A stretch of DNA of 64,000 nucleotides from a virus. The notes under the pieces were generated by a model, which saw only the letters and a program-made list of their open reading frames with translations, was not told where the DNA came from and searched no databases. Shown here piece by piece: positions 41,177-49,047 of this stretch; position 1 is the first letter of the stretch; the number at the start of each line of letters is the position of its first letter. The position numbers were made by a program, and so were the translations under genes. The stretch lies in IMG/VR virus record IMGVR_UViG_3300025131_011243, positions 58,592-122,591 of that record; one strand, 5' to 3'.

Positions 41177-41268
41177 CGGATAGGGAGGGATTCGAACCCT
41201 CAGATCATCAAAGACGACCCCCTGATTAGCAATCAGGTGTCCCGCACCAGTGGGAATCCAGCCTATCC
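41177..41268 (-). tRNA. second tRNA-Ser(GCT), atypical
   Basis: CCTGA-TTGCTAA-TCAGG; 6-nt connector before the D-stem. Confidence 0.75.
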
Positions 41269-41360
41269 AAATTTACTTTAGTAAAAACTCCATCTTTTAT
41301 CATTTTACCTTCATCACTACCTTCCGTTATGGCCCGAAGGGCCACTTTTTGTTTATTCAA

Positions 41361-42158
41361 TTACTTGTCGTCATCTTCCTTTTTATTATCAACTACCGCC
41401 TTAAGTTTGTCAAGTGTTGCTTGAGCAACATCTTGGTCATCGTCCTGATCGTCGTCAAGCAGATGGTCGATCTTCGATGCCGCAATATCTGCTCCGGCAT
41501 CATACAGGGCAGCTTTCGTACCGACATATGACCCTCTGGACATGGATATATCGGCGAATGCCCGCCGAGTACCGACCTGATCCCCCTTATAGGCCATGGT
41601 ATTGCCTTGCGGGATATTCAGTCGATCAGCCGTAACAACAACATCGTGATTCGCCCCGATATAAGTAAACGTCCAGGTTCCATCCTGTTGCAGGTGCTTG
41701 AGAAGATCCGCAACCTGATTGCCATTGTACTCTCTCGAAGCATTTTCTTCGCCATCTGTCAGGATAGTAACCATCACTTCAACGTTGATTTTCTCGTCCT
41801 GAAGTTCTTCGTCGATCTCTGCTTTCAGACGATTACAGCTTTGCCCAATGGCATCGTAAAGAGCCGTCGTACTTTCGGGAGCATACTGTTCAGCGGTCAA
41901 TGGTTCGATGACATCGACGCCTTCTTTCCAGTGGATTGATTCGACCGAACTGTTGAAAGTTATCAGGCAATAACGATGCTCTTGATTCGGGTTCTCTCTT
42001 TGCAGTTTCTGGATGGTTGTGACATTTTCGTTAAAGCCATTGACTGTTGGCTTTATTACTGAACTCATCGAAGCACTACGATCTAATATGATCAGATGAT
42101 AGAACTTGATGGGGATGTTCTTGTCTCGCCCACCGACATCTAGGTTAGGGTTGGGCAT
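41361..42158 (-). CDS. vWA domain protein
   Basis: MIDAS ILDRSASM, TALYDAIG, ILTDGEEN. Confidence 0.9.
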   Translation of the reverse strand: MPNPNLDVGGRDKNIPIKFYHLIILDRSASMSSVIKPTVNGFNENVTTIQKLQRENPNQEHRYCLITFNSSVESIHWKEGVDVIEPLTAEQYAPESTTALYDAIGQSCNRLKAEIDEELQDEKINVEVMVTILTDGEENASREYNGNQVADLLKHLQQDGTWTFTYIGANHDVVVTADRLNIPQGNTMAYKGDQVGTRRAFADISMSRGSYVGTKAALYDAGADIAASKIDHLLDDDQDDDQDVAQATLDKLKAVVDNKKEDDDK

Positions 42159-42216
42159 AATTTGGTTCCTTTCTTATGGTAATTGTAAACTAAACACAAA
42201 CACTGAACCAAAAGAC

Positions 42217-42747
42217 CTACTCACTCTCATTTGTCTTTGGTTCTTGGTTATCTAATCTCATCGCTTCTGGAGAAAACTGATCATAAACGTTGATTCCTGC
42301 TGATTCCAATTCTTTCACAATGATATATGCAGCAAGTTCGTATTTATCTTTCAAGCTCCCCTTGTTGAGGTCTCGAAGATTATGGTTGATATCGGCTATC
42401 TTAACCAATGAGGCAGGAACGTTCGTCCTCAACCTCATGATGAAATCAAAGTAGCTTTCATCCTCATCTTTCCTTCTAGTCAGACAATCAACTGCTTCAA
42501 CGATTGCCATTGGGAATCCCTCTTGCCGCAAATCTACAAGAGTATATTCGCTATCCTCAACAACGTCATGCAACCATGCCACAACCTTATATAGAGGAGG
42601 AAGGACAGAATCTGCTACTGCCTTGGGGTGAGTAATGTATGGCTGACCTCCCCACCTTGTTTGGCCATAATGAGCCTCTGTAGCGATTTTCTCGGCCTTT
42701 TCAATCAGTCCATCAATCGATTCCATCGGATCCATGATCATTCCCAA
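42217..42747 (-). CDS. HD-domain hydrolase (RelA/SpoT HD_4-like)
   Basis: AHYGQTR..PYITHP, WLHDVVED, VKIADINHN. Confidence 0.88.
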   Translation of the reverse strand: MGMIMDPMESIDGLIEKAEKIATEAHYGQTRWGGQPYITHPKAVADSVLPPLYKVVAWLHDVVEDSEYTLVDLRQEGFPMAIVEAVDCLTRRKDEDESYFDFIMRLRTNVPASLVKIADINHNLRDLNKGSLKDKYELAAYIIVKELESAGINVYDQFSPEAMRLDNQEPKTNESE

Positions 42748-42955
42748 CTAGATTCTTCTTTCCCAAAAGATAGCCACCATTCTTATGTTCGACATAAAGC
42801 ATGATGATTGTAGCAAAAATCCATACACTCCATGACCAAATCGACAATTCGTAAATGACGATGATCAGTAACGAAATGACCCATAACATAGAAATCAAGT
42901 TATGGATACCCCTGTATATCGAACTGTAATCAGGAGTCACTTTCTTCGTCGTCAT
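42713..42955 (-). CDS. small membrane protein
   Basis: 80-aa hydrophobic ORF. Confidence 0.5.
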   Translation of the reverse strand: MTTKKVTPDYSSIYRGIHNLISMLWVISLLIIVIYELSIWSWSVWIFATIIMLYVEHKNGGYLLGKKNLVGNDHGSDGID

Positions 42956-43712
42956 CTTCTTGTCTTTTCTTCAATTCATCTCGGAGTTCTTCCCAAGGTC
43001 TGACTTGGCGATTATACTCTTCGGGATCGTTCTCCTTCATTTCCTTCAACTCTTCCACTTGTCCCGTCAGGTCTTCGAGTTTTTCGTCTCGATTTTCCGG
43101 GTATCCGTAGAAGGTAATGTCGTCCAAAATGGCACCGAAAACATCATATACAGTATAGCATGTTTCCGTTTTTATCGCAACCAAGTCCTCGGCTTTGAGA
43201 GATCTTTTTCCGTCGCTGTCCTTGGAGTAGTCCCTGATCTCCAGTTCCTTGTCCAATCTAACAGGATAATCCCTAAGCTCGCAGAGAGGCGAGAAGCTAA
43301 GCGAGACCCCACAGGTTTCTCCGGGCTTGTAGCCGTCCACGCTGCCGTCTGTATTGACGCCATGGAAGTCGGTCCAGTATTCGAACGCCTTCCCATACTT
43401 GCCGTAATCCCAATGCTCGGCAACCCGGTATATCTCGATGTATTCAATGGTCGGGTTCGTCTTGGTTCTCAACGGAACCTGATCCATATCATCGAGAAAA
43501 GGTTGGATAGAAAAACCCCCCAACTGAACATGGAAAACCTTCTCGTAGAATTCTATGTCCTGGCGAAGATGGCTCATCAGTTCTCCGAAGGTGATTTCTT
43601 CGGCAAACTCGATGACTTCGCCAAGGTAGTGGGTGAGAGAATCTACGACATCGTAGTCTCTGCTCTTGTCTGCATGTTCGAGAACGATGCAGTCCTTGTA
43701 CAGTTTAATCAT
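42930..43712 (-). CDS. hypothetical protein
   Basis: 260-aa ORF, AGGAG RBS. Confidence 0.75.
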   Translation of the reverse strand: MIKLYKDCIVLEHADKSRDYDVVDSLTHYLGEVIEFAEEITFGELMSHLRQDIEFYEKVFHVQLGGFSIQPFLDDMDQVPLRTKTNPTIEYIEIYRVAEHWDYGKYGKAFEYWTDFHGVNTDGSVDGYKPGETCGVSLSFSPLCELRDYPVRLDKELEIRDYSKDSDGKRSLKAEDLVAIKTETCYTVYDVFGAILDDITFYGYPENRDEKLEDLTGQVEELKEMKENDPEEYNRQVRPWEELRDELKKRQEDDDEESDS

Positions 43713-43802
43713 GGTCGGACTCCTGTTGTAAGTTACCTACATAAACATCGGTAACCTCCAACAGGAATCCTCAAAATGGAGATTTGCCTTTTCATGATTA
43801 AT

Positions 43803-43831
43803 ATGTTACCAGAAACCAAAATCCTTGTCAA
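43803..43831 (-). promoter_or_regulatory. sigma70-type promoter
   Basis: TTGACA-N17-TAACAT with extended -10 TG. Confidence 0.65.
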
Positions 43832-43834
43832 GTC

Positions 43835-44482
43835 CTACTTGTAACTCCGAACCGCAAAGTCCTTTAGAGTTACGGACCAACTCTTCCAACGAGGGTTGTC
43901 CGAAAGAACGTAGTCCAAAACTTCCTCAGCCACAACCGTAACGACTAGCATTACGATATTTCGGGCCAAAGGATAGTCACAGACATCTCCATCTTCCGAA
44001 TTTGCCGGAACTTGGTAAACGCTGTCCCAAACGACTTCTCCATAGTCCTCGAACAAACCGGAATGCAAGCAATCGATCTTGTTCTTAGAACAATAGTCGT
44101 GGAGAACCTGCCGGGCCTCGCTGTTGTCGAACGCATCGATAACAAGCTTAGCACCCTTGAGTAACTTCTTGACGTTTTTTTCTTCAAGCTTCTTGTTTAC
44201 AACGTCGATTTCCACGCCAACATCCCTCCAGATACGATTTTGCAAAGCCGTAACCTTCAAAGCTCCAACGTCGTTGTCGCCATAGACTTGAGTGTTGACG
44301 TTATGTTCGTCAACTCGGTCCATGTCGATGACGCAGATATCGCTTACGCCCTGACGGATCAGGGTCTCTACCAAGTTGCTACCCAAAGCACCCGCACCGC
44401 AAACAACGATACGAACGCCCTTGAGACGATCAATCAGACCTTCTCCACGGTAGGCGATTTCATGTGTGAATTTCTTGGCCAT
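43835..44482 (-). CDS. ThiF/E1-like ubiquitin-activating enzyme
   Basis: GAGALGS, DMDRVDEHNVNTQ, LKV, DAFDN..AR, candidate catalytic Cys in DVCDYP. Confidence 0.9.
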   Translation of the reverse strand: MAKKFTHEIAYRGEGLIDRLKGVRIVVCGAGALGSNLVETLIRQGVSDICVIDMDRVDEHNVNTQVYGDNDVGALKVTALQNRIWRDVGVEIDVVNKKLEEKNVKKLLKGAKLVIDAFDNSEARQVLHDYCSKNKIDCLHSGLFEDYGEVVWDSVYQVPANSEDGDVCDYPLARNIVMLVVTVVAEEVLDYVLSDNPRWKSWSVTLKDFAVRSYK

Positions 44483-44901
44483 TTTTTCGCTTTCTTCATA
44501 ATGGGTCTAACAACTGTCGGCATAACCCCCACAATTCTTTTCTTGATCATTCGAATATGTCCCTCAACGAAAGGTTGTTCGTCGTCAAAGAACCAGAAGC
44601 ATCTTAGCCCATCTGCTCCCTTAATGCAACATACAAACGGTCTTCCTTCGGCAACTATCCAAGCATTCATAGTTAAGATGTCGGTTGTGCTGGGACTTGC
44701 AATCATTGAAGGATGGGTATGAATCCAACCAATCACTCGATCAGGATCTCTCCTGACAAGTTCATGGTTGAATCCAACCCTAGCTGGGATGCCCAATTCA
44801 TAAGAGATAGCGCTCGTAACCCAAACGGGTCCGTACAGATCTCCTACCAAGATGTAGGACTCTTCGTCGCCAGTATTCATATTGAACATCAATCGCTCCA
44901 A
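44434..44901 (-). CDS. JAB/MPN+ metalloprotease
   Basis: N-terminal Glu plus WIHTHP....PS..D JAMM motif. Confidence 0.85.
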   Translation of the reverse strand: MERLMFNMNTGDEESYILVGDLYGPVWVTSAISYELGIPARVGFNHELVRRDPDRVIGWIHTHPSMIASPSTTDILTMNAWIVAEGRPFVCCIKGADGLRCFWFFDDEQPFVEGHIRMIKKRIVGVMPTVVRPIMKKAKKWPRNSHMKSPTVEKV

Positions 44902-45824
44902 TCTCCAGTGTAATCGTCGGTTCCTCTATCGTCTACGTCAAGATAGTTCCCGCCAACTCGGTAAATCTGGTTGCCCGTAATACCCTCTCGGATAACGCCA
45001 ACCAAACTCTGCAAGTCGAAGTTCCTATCTCCACCAGACAAACAGATGCCCGCCGATTGAACAGCAAGCGTTTTCTTATCAACAGTCGAACGATGAGTTT
45101 CACCATCGACAACATACTCGACAGTATACGACTCGCCTCGCTCAACGAAACTCCTGAATCCGCCACCAGCACGATTGATTGCCGACTTTACTCGACCTTC
45201 TGCCGTAAGAGCTTCCGCCTCGACAGCAAGCCTCTTGGCTTCCTTTTCGGCCTCAACAACATCGACCAAAGCAAGGTCGTAAGCACGTCTCTGTTCCTTT
45301 GACATACTTGAAAAATCAACGTCCTTCGGGGCAACGTTTTCTGACAAGGCATTTCTCAATACAGTTGCATGCTTGATGCTATGAGCGTCGTCGATCCTTT
45401 CGAACCAACAGTTGATGCCATCGAATCTAACACGCACTGCATCGAACAACTGCAATTCTTCCGGCAAAAGAATAGGAACAAATCCTTGAATCTTGAACCG
45501 GGAATCACCTTCGTTTGCAGGGATACCCCAGAAACGGTTGTCCTGTCGCCTGGTTGCGATCAACCTTAGAACAGGGAACAGGTTGAAGTACGTTCGCCTC
45601 TCGATCATCGTAGGCTCACGTACAAACTCTGCGAGCTTGTAGGAAGCGGGACGGAATACGCCCCAACCCTCAAAACCTCTCGGCTTTGAAACCCGCAATG
45701 ACATAACGATGTCAGCAATCTTAACCCTGATCGCCTTATTGCGCAGAACAGGGCTGAAGAATTCCGACTTGAGGAAAACATCTTCTTCCGCTGCCAACTT
45801 TTTCAAAAGCTCATTGACCTTCAT
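44889..45824 (-). CDS. uncharacterised protein of the Ubl/TROVE operon
   Basis: 311-aa ORF; C-terminal SAGICLSGGD..FDLQSLVGVIRE. Confidence 0.8.
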   Translation of the reverse strand: MKVNELLKKLAAEEDVFLKSEFFSPVLRNKAIRVKIADIVMSLRVSKPRGFEGWGVFRPASYKLAEFVREPTMIERRTYFNLFPVLRLIATRRQDNRFWGIPANEGDSRFKIQGFVPILLPEELQLFDAVRVRFDGINCWFERIDDAHSIKHATVLRNALSENVAPKDVDFSSMSKEQRRAYDLALVDVVEAEKEAKRLAVEAEALTAEGRVKSAINRAGGGFRSFVERGESYTVEYVVDGETHRSTVDKKTLAVQSAGICLSGGDRNFDLQSLVGVIREGITGNQIYRVGGNYLDVDDRGTDDYTGDWSD

Positions 45825-45839
45825 GGCCTTACTCCAATT

Positions 45840-45870
45840 AAAACAGGGTAGCAGAAGCTACCCTGTTTTT
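45840..45870. terminator. intrinsic terminator after the TROVE gene
   Basis: AAAACAGGGTAGC-agaa-GCTACCCTGTTTT perfect hairpin with A/T tails. Confidence 0.75.
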
Positions 45871-45896
45871 CAAGTCAAAATGTAGCTCCTTCCGGA

Positions 45897-47441
45897 TTAC
45901 GCAACTTTCCTTTGAGGGAGAGTATACGACATAATTTCCATCAACAGATCGATCTTCGACGGCTTCGTCAAAAGCGGGATCAACCCCGGCAACGAGTAAT
46001 AGTCGCCGTTGAAGATATACGCATCGTAGTCGATGTCGTTATTGCGACATCGCTGTTCCAGCGTATCCCGATGCGTCCCGCACTTAACGAACAGAACGTT
46101 CGGACGAGTGTCCATATCCTTCATGTAGTTCAATATGCTGGACAAGAACGACGGAGATCGGTTCTCACCTTCGTCCGTAATCATGATGATGTTCTCGACG
46201 TACTGCTTGTTACGTCGAAGCATCTCAATTCCGACGCCGCAGGAAGTACATCCGGTAGCAAAGATGCCATTCAGAGCCTTTTCCCACGATGCCAAATCCG
46301 TTCCGCTCGAAACAATCGGATACGCCATTTCGTCACAAGCATAGACGAACAAATCAGCGTCCATGATTGCCGAAGTCATAGCAGCAATCTGCTTACCAAC
46401 TTCAATGGCGATGTTCATCGAACCGGACTTATCGATGATGATTGCCGTAGGACGCTTGATACGTCCCTTCGACTTCAACTGAGCATCACCGATGTCCTCA
46501 AGCTGCTTGGCAACGTCTTCGTCAATATCAGTAGTCTTCTTGACCTGGGACGCTTTCATAGCCGCAACACGCTTGCCCGTCTTTGCCTTGTCAAGACGTT
46601 CCTGAATGAACGCCTTGAGGTCCGGGTTGTCGAATGCACCACGACGCTTCAACGAACCGATGTTGTTGATCAACTCTTGGTCACTCATGACCTGAACCAA
46701 AGCCAAAAGAACGGTCGGACTCATTGCCGAGATTACCGTCGATGCGATTCGGTACGGAACCTTGTTGGCGATGATGATCTCAGCCTGCTTTGCAGCCGAC
46801 TCAGTCTTACGCAGTTCCTTAACCGCCTTCAACTTGCTGTCATCAGGCGGATCTTCATCGAAGAGAATCTTTTGCGCTCGATCCGAAGGCTCAATGTGGA
46901 GAAGAGAGTAAACCCTCTTCAACGACTTTCGAGCCTGCAAAACGCAAGCGTCGAACCAAACCGGATCGTCTTCACGATCAGTCAGGTATCGCTTAACTTC
47001 CGTTGCAACAGATCGAGGAATATTCTTGCCCAGACCAGAATCCGTCAAAGCCGTTCGATGAGTCGTCTTCTGGTTGCGGCCAGTTCCAGTCGTAACCGGA
47101 GTACTGACCTTTTTCTTGCGACCGTGAATGAAGTCGATAACTCTCTCCACCTGATAAGGCGGCAGTTCACGGAGCATGGCCAGTCCAACGTCTCGGTGTC
47201 CTTCGAAGTTGCTCAGACACAGGTTGACGATGAACAGTTCCTTATGGTCACGGATCTCGCCATTGTCAGCATACCATGCGCCCAAACGAACGTAGAACAA
47301 CGGATCTTGAGCAATCATCTGTTCATGAACAGGATGACTTGCGCTCAGATTTCTGTGGGGAGTCATCAACAGCGTATTCAGCATCCCCAAACGAAGATCC
47401 TGTTCACTGGACGTATCAACTTGTGCAGTTCGTACAGCCAT
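45897..47441 (-). CDS. Ro60/TROVE-like helical domain plus vWA protein
   Basis: N-terminal DPLFYVRL..W....EIRD, ELINNIGSLKRRG, C-terminal MIDAS IDKSGSM, TSCG, ITDEGEN; adjacent Y-like RNAs. Confidence 0.75.
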   Translation of the reverse strand: MAVRTAQVDTSSEQDLRLGMLNTLLMTPHRNLSASHPVHEQMIAQDPLFYVRLGAWYADNGEIRDHKELFIVNLCLSNFEGHRDVGLAMLRELPPYQVERVIDFIHGRKKKVSTPVTTGTGRNQKTTHRTALTDSGLGKNIPRSVATEVKRYLTDREDDPVWFDACVLQARKSLKRVYSLLHIEPSDRAQKILFDEDPPDDSKLKAVKELRKTESAAKQAEIIIANKVPYRIASTVISAMSPTVLLALVQVMSDQELINNIGSLKRRGAFDNPDLKAFIQERLDKAKTGKRVAAMKASQVKKTTDIDEDVAKQLEDIGDAQLKSKGRIKRPTAIIIDKSGSMNIAIEVGKQIAAMTSAIMDADLFVYACDEMAYPIVSSGTDLASWEKALNGIFATGCTSCGVGIEMLRRNKQYVENIIMITDEGENRSPSFLSSILNYMKDMDTRPNVLFVKCGTHRDTLEQRCRNNDIDYDAYIFNGDYYSLPGLIPLLTKPSKIDLLMEIMSYTLPQRKVA

Positions 47442-47491
47442 GGTCTTTCTCCTTAGAAAGAGTTTTACAAATTATCGATTCGGATTCGGAA

Positions 47492-47701
47492 TTAACCGAA
47501 TACAGCCTGCGGACGAAGAGTCATGTCACCGGTTTCTGCGTTGCGGTCAACAACGAAACCATTCATCTTGGTGAGAGGAGCACTGAAGTGATTAGCTACA
47601 GCCTGCTTGACGTCTTGGTCGGTAGAGAGATCGCCCACATCGATATCCTCGAAGAGAAGATCGAACGATTCTCCATTGTATCTGACGTGAAGTACTGACA
47701 T
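47492..47701 (-). CDS. ubiquitin-like (beta-grasp) small protein
   Basis: 69 aa, beta-beta-alpha-beta-beta pattern, ends in Gly (QAVFG), co-operonic with E1 and JAB. Confidence 0.75.
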   Translation of the reverse strand: MSVLHVRYNGESFDLLFEDIDVGDLSTDQDVKQAVANHFSAPLTKMNGFVVDRNAETGDMTLRPQAVFG

Positions 47702-47746
47702 TTTTCATCTCCTTTCGTCTGCAAGCCTCAAGAGAGGCATAAAAAA

Positions 47747-47878
47747 AGCCTTGTCTAAGTTTCAGGACGGTTTCTTGGGTAACGTGCAAGATTTGAACTT
47801 GCGACCTTCACTTCCTAATAGTGACGCTCAACCTACTGAGCTAACGTTTGTAACGTCCAAATTGTTGGAGACAAGGCT
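47747..47878 (-). ncRNA. Y-RNA-like RNA with nested tRNA-like domain
   Basis: terminal stem AGCCUUGUCU/AGACAAGGCU plus U-tract; inner D, anticodon (loop AUUAGGA) and T arms; shared motif. Confidence 0.75.
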
Positions 47879-47881
47879 AAG

Positions 47882-48016
47882 TGGGAGAGGTAGGAGTCGA
47901 ACCTACGAGTCTTGCGTTTTCAGGGCAATGCTTTACCAAAAGTTTGTAAGCTACATCCCATTGGAGACGGACAAGCCGTCTAAGTCAGAATAGCTATAGC
48001 ACTAAGCTACTCTCCC
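47882..48016 (-). ncRNA. tRNA-like (GAA anticodon) RNA with ~60-nt motif insert in the D-loop
   Basis: acceptor GGGAGAG/CUCUCCC, T-arm GUAGG-UUCGACU-CCUAC; insert ACUUAGAC..GUCUCCAA..UACAAAC. Confidence 0.75.
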
Positions 48017-48041
48017 ATAATTATTCAGTTTTCAAAAAGCG

Positions 48042-48112
48042 AACGTCCAAGTTCAGGCAGCGGTCAAAGCATTCCGAAGATTGGTTTGTATGCTGTCCTT
48101 GTTGGGGACGTC
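48042..48112 (-). ncRNA. stand-alone minimal Y-like motif RNA
   Basis: ACGUCCCCAA..CAGCAUACAAAC..GCUGCCUGAACUUGGACGU. Confidence 0.65.
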
Positions 48113-48126
48113 AACTTAATTTCAAG

Positions 48127-48268
48127 TGGGGGAGACAGGACTCGAACCTGTAGTCTTTCGCTTATGAGGCAAACGCTTTTCCATTTGTTTGTAAGCTACG
48201 ACCTATTGGAGACGAACAAGCCGTCTAAGTTGGAATAGCTGTTTAACGTAGTTTTTAGCTACTCCCCC
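48127..48268 (-). ncRNA. tRNA-like (CAU anticodon) RNA with motif insert in the D-loop
   Basis: acceptor GGGGGAG/CUCCCCC, T-arm ACAGG-UUCGAGU-CCUGU; insert nearly identical to that in 47882..48016. Confidence 0.75.
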
Positions 48269-48273
48269 ATGGA

Positions 48274-48318
48274 GGTCCCGGTCGCCAAGTTTCCGAAGAA
48301 GCTTGACGAGTCAGGACC
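48274..48318 (-). other. stable hairpin within the RNA array
   Basis: GGUCCUG..UCGUCAAG..CUUGGCGA..GGGACC. Confidence 0.45.
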
Positions 48319-48349
48319 ATATAGTTTTCAAAGAACTCTTTGAAAAGTC

Positions 48350-48516
48350 AAGAAGAAACAGGCGTCCAAGTTCGAGCAGCGGTATGACATTAGTCACAGA
48401 TCTTAAATCTGTTGCCTTATCCACTTGGCTATACGTTCATGTTGGTGAACATAGTGGGATTCGAACCCACGTTGTTGTTTGTACGCTACGCCAGTAGGGG
48501 ACGCCGGTTTCTTCTT
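48350..48516 (-). ncRNA. Y-like RNA containing a circularly permuted tRNA-Leu(UAA)-like domain
   Basis: order T-arm, acceptor 3' strand + ACCA, loop, acceptor 5' strand, D-arm, anticodon arm, all within the motif stem. Confidence 0.75.
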
Positions 48517-48592
48517 CACTTGTCAAAGTCGAGCCTTACGACTCTGCCCTATCTTATCAGCTTCCCAGCCACTTTCAAGGGCAATATTCAAC

Positions 48593-48620
48593 TTATCGGC
48601 TTTTTCTTGAAATTCCTTTA
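48593..48620 (-). promoter_or_regulatory. sigma28-like promoter upstream of the RNA array
   Basis: TAAA-N16-GCCGATAA; a sigma70-like TTGAAA-N16-TAAGAT also lies just downstream. Confidence 0.55.
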
Positions 48621-48636
48621 ATGAATTCCGCAAAGC

Positions 48637-48945
48637 TCAGTTTTTCTTACCTCTCGCAGCTTCAGAGGGCATCTTACCATATCTTTTATGGCTGTCAACC
48701 CCTAAATCATCGTCGTCAAAATCATCTCCGTCATCCCAAACTTCTCCGTTCTCATCTTTGTAACGCTCGTCTTTCATCCAAGTTATCACAACAGGATCTT
48801 CGCCTCGATAAAACTTTTCCTGATGCTGCCCGTCATGATCCTGGGGGAGAGGACATCGGACGGTAGCAACCCCATCGCCAAAGTCGTCTCCGATATAAAG
48901 GTGAGCATTACATTCGCCTTCAACATCTTCTGGTTTTCCAAACAT
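48637..48945 (-). CDS. hypothetical protein
   Basis: 102-aa ORF, AGGAGA RBS. Confidence 0.65.
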   Translation of the reverse strand: MFGKPEDVEGECNAHLYIGDDFGDGVATVRCPLPQDHDGQHQEKFYRGEDPVVITWMKDERYKDENGEVWDDGDDFDDDDLGVDSHKRYGKMPSEAARGKKN

Positions 48946-48964
48946 TCGTTTCTCCTAAGTTAAG

Positions 48965-49046
48965 TGCGGAAGGAGGGACTTGAACCCTCAAGCCTTACGG
49001 CACTGGATTTTAAATCCAGCGTGTTTGCCAATTTCACCACTCCCGC
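48965..49046 (-). tRNA. tRNA-Leu(TAA)
   Basis: CTGGA-TTTAAAA-TCCAG, variable arm, A73. Confidence 0.93.
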
Positions 49047-49047
49047 T

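Noticed and set aside
43835-44482. ThiF as a thiamine/molybdopterin biosynthesis gene
   Set aside because: No thiG/moaE nearby, lacks the CxxC zinc pairs, and sits with JAB/Ubl/TROVE; a sulfur-transfer role for RNA thiolation is not excluded
45912-47456. 514-aa plus-strand ORF antisense to the TROVE gene
   Set aside because: Exact antisense shadow with no motifs; expected from strong codon bias of the minus-strand gene
47747-48516. CRISPR array or group I intron interpretation of the repeated motif
   Set aside because: Repeats are bipartite, permuted and irregularly spaced; no cas genes; inserts too short for a group I core
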